Shown here: positions 17,053 to 20,000 of the stretch, in pieces
Layout: each line of letters begins with the position of its first letter
Position numbering within the stretch: the first letter of the stretch is position 1
IMG/VR virus record: IMGVR_UViG_3300042366_001473
Strand: one strand, 5' to 3'
Source of the DNA: an uncultured virus (IMG/VR IMGVR_UViG_3300042366_001473)
Lineage: Duplodnaviria > Heunggongvirae > Uroviricota > Caudoviricetes
DNA length: 20,000 bases
Notes under the pieces: model-generated
The model's database searches: none
Told to the model about the DNA's origin: nothing
What the model saw: only the letters and a program-made list of their open reading frames with translations
Program-made: the position numbers and the translations under genes

Positions 17053-17077
17053 AAAAAAGCGGTATTTCTACCGCTTT
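17053..17077 (-). terminator. Rho-independent terminator after the AAA ATPase (possibly bidirectional)
   Basis: Minus strand AAAGCGGTA-GAAA-TACCGCTTTTTT: a 9-bp stem, GNRA loop and U-tract, 4 nt after the stop codon. The plus strand also has a T-rich tail. Confidence 0.8.
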
Positions 17078-17081
17078 CTTT

Positions 17082-18164
17082 TTAGGCACTAGCTTGCAAA
17101 ATGTACTTGCCGAAACGCTGATGGAACTCGTCAAAGTTTTTCAACTTGGTGGGCTGGAATGGCAAGTTGTATGTGGTCAGTGCAATACGAGCACCCATAA
17201 CTACCAGTTCAGTCTCAAAGTTCTTCATCATGTAGCCAAAGAAGTTGTCAGCCATTTCGTGGAACTCTTTGTCTACTGTCTTGCCTTCGACTTGTGCTTT
17301 GAGCTCGTAACACATGGAGATCACCAAGCTGTACATGGCACTGACTTCTTTGACATTCAAGTCCTTGACTTTGCCTTTCAAGATGTCCATAGGGTTGGGC
17401 ATGCGACCTGCAATCTTGCGGTGTGCCATAAATTTCACAGCAAGACCTTCGCCCACAGTACCTGCAATCAAGTTGGTCACAGTGTCGTCGTCAATCTCGT
17501 CGTCCAACAACTGGCTCACAAAGCTCCAGCTACGTGGGGTAGCAAATGCACGACTTGAACTCTTGGCATCAAAGTCATACAGGTCCTGCTTGGCAAAGCT
17601 CAAGTAACCCACAACGTCTTTGTGGATGCTGTTGTTGACAGCCCACTCTTGCCACGAAGCAAAGTCCACCTTCATCTCTTGGTGGATGAAACGGTTTGCC
17701 AGAGGAGTAGGCATGCGGTAAGTAACACCTTTGTCGCTTTCACGGTTACCAGCAGCCACCATCACAACATTGTCCGGCAACACATACTTGCCCACTCGAC
17801 GATTCAGAATCAGCTGATAAGCCGCACTCTGAACACTGGCCGGGGCACTGTTCATTTCGTCCAAGAACAACACCACAATAGGGTACTGAGCCGCTGTGGC
17901 CGCATCGGGCAAGTCCACAGGAGGGGCATATTCCATCACGTTCTTTTCTTTGTTGTAGAATGGAATACCGCGAATGTCAGTGGGCTCCATCTGACCCAAA
18001 CGCAGGTCAATCATAAGGCCTCCTAGTTCTTGGGTAATGCCTTCGACCAATTCACTTTTGCCAATGCCTGGAGGCCCCCACAGGAACACAGGACGTTTGA
18101 CTTTGAATGCAGACAACAGGCTGCGACGAGCTTGAACAGAAGAGACGGTGCGGGTATCGGACAT
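17082..18164 (-). CDS. MoxR-like/dynein-related AAA+ ATPase
   Basis: Walker A GPPGIGKS, DLRL...EPTDIRGIP, Walker B LFLDE, sensor AAGNR, PLANRF (Arg finger) and TPRSW. Confidence 0.92.
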   Translation of the reverse strand: MSDTRTVSSVQARRSLLSAFKVKRPVFLWGPPGIGKSELVEGITQELGGLMIDLRLGQMEPTDIRGIPFYNKEKNVMEYAPPVDLPDAATAAQYPIVVLFLDEMNSAPASVQSAAYQLILNRRVGKYVLPDNVVMVAAGNRESDKGVTYRMPTPLANRFIHQEMKVDFASWQEWAVNNSIHKDVVGYLSFAKQDLYDFDAKSSSRAFATPRSWSFVSQLLDDEIDDDTVTNLIAGTVGEGLAVKFMAHRKIAGRMPNPMDILKGKVKDLNVKEVSAMYSLVISMCYELKAQVEGKTVDKEFHEMADNFFGYMMKNFETELVVMGARIALTTYNLPFQPTKLKNFDEFHQRFGKYILQASA

Positions 18165-18206
18165 AATTACCTTTCAAAAAACACAAAACTGGGTTGGTAA
18201 GCCTTA

Positions 18207-18235
18207 ATTATAAGGCATTGGGATTTATTGGTCAA
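18207..18235 (-). promoter_or_regulatory. sigma70-type (early) promoter for the AAA ATPase
   Basis: Minus strand TTGACC AATAAATCCCAATGCCT TATAAT (17-nt spacer). The -35 overlaps the TGA stop of the upstream HTH-like gene. Confidence 0.85.
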
Positions 18236-18384
18236 CTGTTGATTGTTGCAAAAGGATCACAGTCTTCGCTGGCTTCAATCACAAAGCTCACTGGAATTTC
18301 CAGTTCTCGAGCAACTTCTGCAAAGCTCATGCCCTTGTTCAGCAAGTACTCAATATCCATTGCTAGTTCGCTCATCTTGCTCAT
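18232..18384 (-). CDS. Small helix-turn-helix-like protein (50 aa; not in ORF track)
   Basis: Manual translation: MSKMSELAMDIEYLLNKGMSFAEVARELEIPVSFVIEASEDCDPFATINS*. G.S..EVARELEI....V is an HTH pattern; it has its own promoter and an AAGGA SD. Confidence 0.75.
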   Translation of the reverse strand: MSKMSELAMDIEYLLNKGMSFAEVARELEIPVSFVIEASEDCDPFATINS

Positions 18385-18414
18385 TGCAGTTCCTTGTTTT
18401 GTTGACATGTGTGT

Positions 18415-18443
18415 ATTATAGCAAAATACAAAATTTCAGTCAA
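18415..18443 (-). promoter_or_regulatory. sigma70-type (early) promoter
   Basis: Minus strand TTGACT GAAATTTTGTATTTTGC TATAAT (17-nt spacer, extended -10 TG). Confidence 0.85.
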
Positions 18444-18444
18444 T

Positions 18445-18470
18445 AAAAACCCTACGTAGTGCAGGGTTTT
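18445..18470 (-). terminator. Terminator-like hairpin immediately upstream of the promoter
   Basis: Minus strand AAAACCCTGC-ACTAC-GTAGGGTTTTT: a stem with one G-U pair and a U-tract. Confidence 0.55.
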
Positions 18471-18475
18471 AATTT

Positions 18476-18493
18476 GTAATACTACAGTATTAC
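18476..18493. promoter_or_regulatory. Perfect palindromic operator-like site GTAATACT-AC-AGTATTAC
   Basis: 8+8 perfect inverted repeat in the divergent intergenic region; a second copy is at 16436-16453. Confidence 0.55.
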
Positions 18494-18515
18494 CGTTGTT
18501 AAATACTGTCTCCAT

Positions 18516-19682
18516 ATGTTTTCCATCGAAAATTTTTACTATATTTTGCATAGTCATCTGTTAAAACCGCTGGGTCTACAGGACACTATGCACATAAATT
18601 TTGGATCAACTGATCCAGTTGATATACGACTTGGACGGTATTTTAAAAATACAAGCATGTACGGGAAGATATTTTCGGGAGTAAACTCTTGTTATTATTT
18701 TGATCAAGAGCCTGTGCAATCAATGCCAATTGCTGATCTAATGGAATGGACTACTCCAAAACATTTCAAGATGTTGGCCAACAGCGAAATCAGCAAATTA
18801 AAAAAACACTTGTGTCACGAACATCAATGTCAAGATTGGTATTACTTTTTTCACGGCTTTGCTGCCCTTGACTGGTATCAGGATGGTCAATACTTTGACC
18901 AACATATTGACTGGACTCGTCCTTACATCACACTGAATCGATTGCATGTCAACGATCGCAGTTATAGACTAAACCTTGCGGCACGTCTAGCAGAACAAAA
19001 CTTGCTGGATCAAGGACATGTGAGCCTGCATCTCGGGCACACCGAATACGGTACCTGGCGCCAAGAATTGACCAACCCCAACACTCGTCTAAGCAGTGAG
19101 GCCTGCAACATGATTGCACAGCATCTTGATCAACCCCTGATCTTGGATTGCGAAACCAGCACCGGTAGCTTGAGTGCCAACTTTGGGCACCAAGAGTTTG
19201 AACTGTGGAAGTCGGGGCTTTGGCACATTGTGACCGAAACAGTGTTTTATCATGACAAACTGCACCTCACAGAAAAAATATTCAAACCCATTGTGGCGCA
19301 GCGACCGTTCATGCTGGCCGCGGCTCCGGGCAATCTTGCGTATTTAAAAAGTTATGGATTTCGAACTTTTGATCAGTGGATTGACGAAAGCTACGACAAC
19401 ATAAAAGACCCAGATCAGAGACTGCAGGCCATTGTTGATCAAACCAGTCGACTGTGTGCCATGAGTGACTTAGAACTGCGAGAAATGCACAAAGAAATGC
19501 AGCCAATACTAGAGCACAACTTTGACCACTTATGGACTACGTTTAAACATCAAATTGTGGACGAATTGGTCAACAACTTTGAACGGTCGATTCGACTCTG
19601 GAACAACGGCAGAATAGACGGAAAAGAATTACCCTTGCAAAACATTGATCTTGCAAGGGTAAAACAGATTTTACTTAGATAA
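18516..19682 (+). CDS. Hypothetical protein, putative glycosyltransferase-like (TEKTFKPI family, paralog 3)
   Basis: 388 aa with YFDQEPV, WYYFFHGFAALDWY, LNR..RSYR and IVTETVF...HLTEKIFKPIVAQRPF...GNLAYLKSYGFRTFDQWIDESYD; co-linear with 3986..5116. Confidence 0.6.
   Translation: MFSIENFYYILHSHLLKPLGLQDTMHINFGSTDPVDIRLGRYFKNTSMYGKIFSGVNSCYYFDQEPVQSMPIADLMEWTTPKHFKMLANSEISKLKKHLCHEHQCQDWYYFFHGFAALDWYQDGQYFDQHIDWTRPYITLNRLHVNDRSYRLNLAARLAEQNLLDQGHVSLHLGHTEYGTWRQELTNPNTRLSSEACNMIAQHLDQPLILDCETSTGSLSANFGHQEFELWKSGLWHIVTETVFYHDKLHLTEKIFKPIVAQRPFMLAAAPGNLAYLKSYGFRTFDQWIDESYDNIKDPDQRLQAIVDQTSRLCAMSDLELREMHKEMQPILEHNFDHLWTTFKHQIVDELVNNFERSIRLWNNGRIDGKELPLQNIDLARVKQILLR
19622..19662 (-). terminator. 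12-bp perfect hairpin, probable terminator of the incoming minus-strand operon
   Basis: TTACCCTTGCAA-10nt-TTGCAAGGGTAA (19629-19662). On the minus strand it lies 8 nt after the stop at 19671 and is followed by TTCTTTT. Confidence 0.6.
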
Positions 19683-19847
19683 ACACTCAATCTCGTTGGC
19701 AGCTTCTTCCAGCAAGTCTGCAATGCGGTCTGGACGACCTTCTTGTACACTCTTGCGATCCTGAATCTGCCTACGGATCTCTGCCCTCTTACGCAGTCTA
19801 AATACCAGACTCTGTTCAGAGACCGGTAAGTGCGATTCGTCTTTCAT
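19671..19847 (-). CDS. Small hypothetical phage protein (58 aa; not in ORF track)
   Basis: Manual translation: MKDESHLPVSEQSLVFRLRKRAEIRRQIQDRKSVQEGRPDRIADLLEEAANEIECLSK*. ATGA overlap with the upstream ORF. Confidence 0.75.
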   Translation of the reverse strand: MKDESHLPVSEQSLVFRLRKRAEIRRQIQDRKSVQEGRPDRIADLLEEAANEIECLSK

Positions 19848-20000
19848 TCTTCGACTCCGAAACCAAAGTATATTTTTAAGTCTTGTCCTAGTAGATGACC
19901 ATGCTCCCAGTTCCTAAGAGCATACTGGTTGCATTCCTCTACAATCAACTCGGCTAGTTTTTCTGCATGTTCTGTGCCCAGCCACTTGCCGCTGGTGTCG
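19844..20000 (-). CDS. Small hypothetical phage protein (5'-truncated by window edge; not in ORF track)
   Basis: Manual translation: ...DTSGKWLGTEHAEKLAELIVEECNQYALRNWEHGHLLGQDLKIYFGFGVEE*. The stop overlaps the next ATG. Confidence 0.65.
   Translation of the reverse strand, partial: DTSGKWLGTEHAEKLAELIVEECNQYALRNWEHGHLLGQDLKIYFGFGVEE

Noticed and set aside
814..19750. Many short nested or antisense ORFs in the track (e.g. 5313..5807, 7767..8276, 15764..16261, 17094..17558, 18194..18421, 19550..19750)
   Set aside because: They overlap well-supported genes in another frame or strand and show no recognisable motifs or SD; treated as shadow ORFs.
1..20000. No called gene ends in TAG (possible amber recoding)
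   Set aside because: Genes are full-length and tile the window under the standard code with no in-frame TAG interruptions. TAG is normally the rarest stop, so this is avoidance at most.

Overview
The window looks like a 20-kb segment of a large lytic tailed dsDNA phage genome. It is densely packed with ATGA/TAATG gene overlaps, carries thyX and many small orphan ORFs, and has near-consensus sigma70 promoters. No RNA genes, CRISPR array or transposase were seen. The left half (1-10915) is a modification/biosynthesis island: a 5'-truncated NodU/CmcH-type O-carbamoyltransferase, a 2OG-Fe(II) oxygenase-like gene, an arginine-dependent amidinotransferase, two paralogous glycosyltransferase-like proteins (a third paralog is at 18516-19682), a 1267-aa protein with 11 tandem ~65-aa Trp/Pro-rich repeats flanked by degenerate GT-A-like domains, a DegT/StrS PLP aminotransferase and an NAD-dependent sugar epimerase/dehydratase. 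Together they suggest an undescribed pathway to a guanidinylated and/or carbamoylated amino sugar; its target (virion or DNA) is unknown. The right half (minus strand) holds thyX, small hypothetical genes, a HEXXH-peptidase/vWA gene and a MoxR-type AAA ATPase. It also has five short genes missed by the ORF track (one is HTH-like), repeated TTGAC(C/T)-17-TATAAT promoters, a repeated palindrome (TAATACT-N2-AGTATTA) and several hairpin terminators. All protein calls come from motif recognition by eye; no database search was run.
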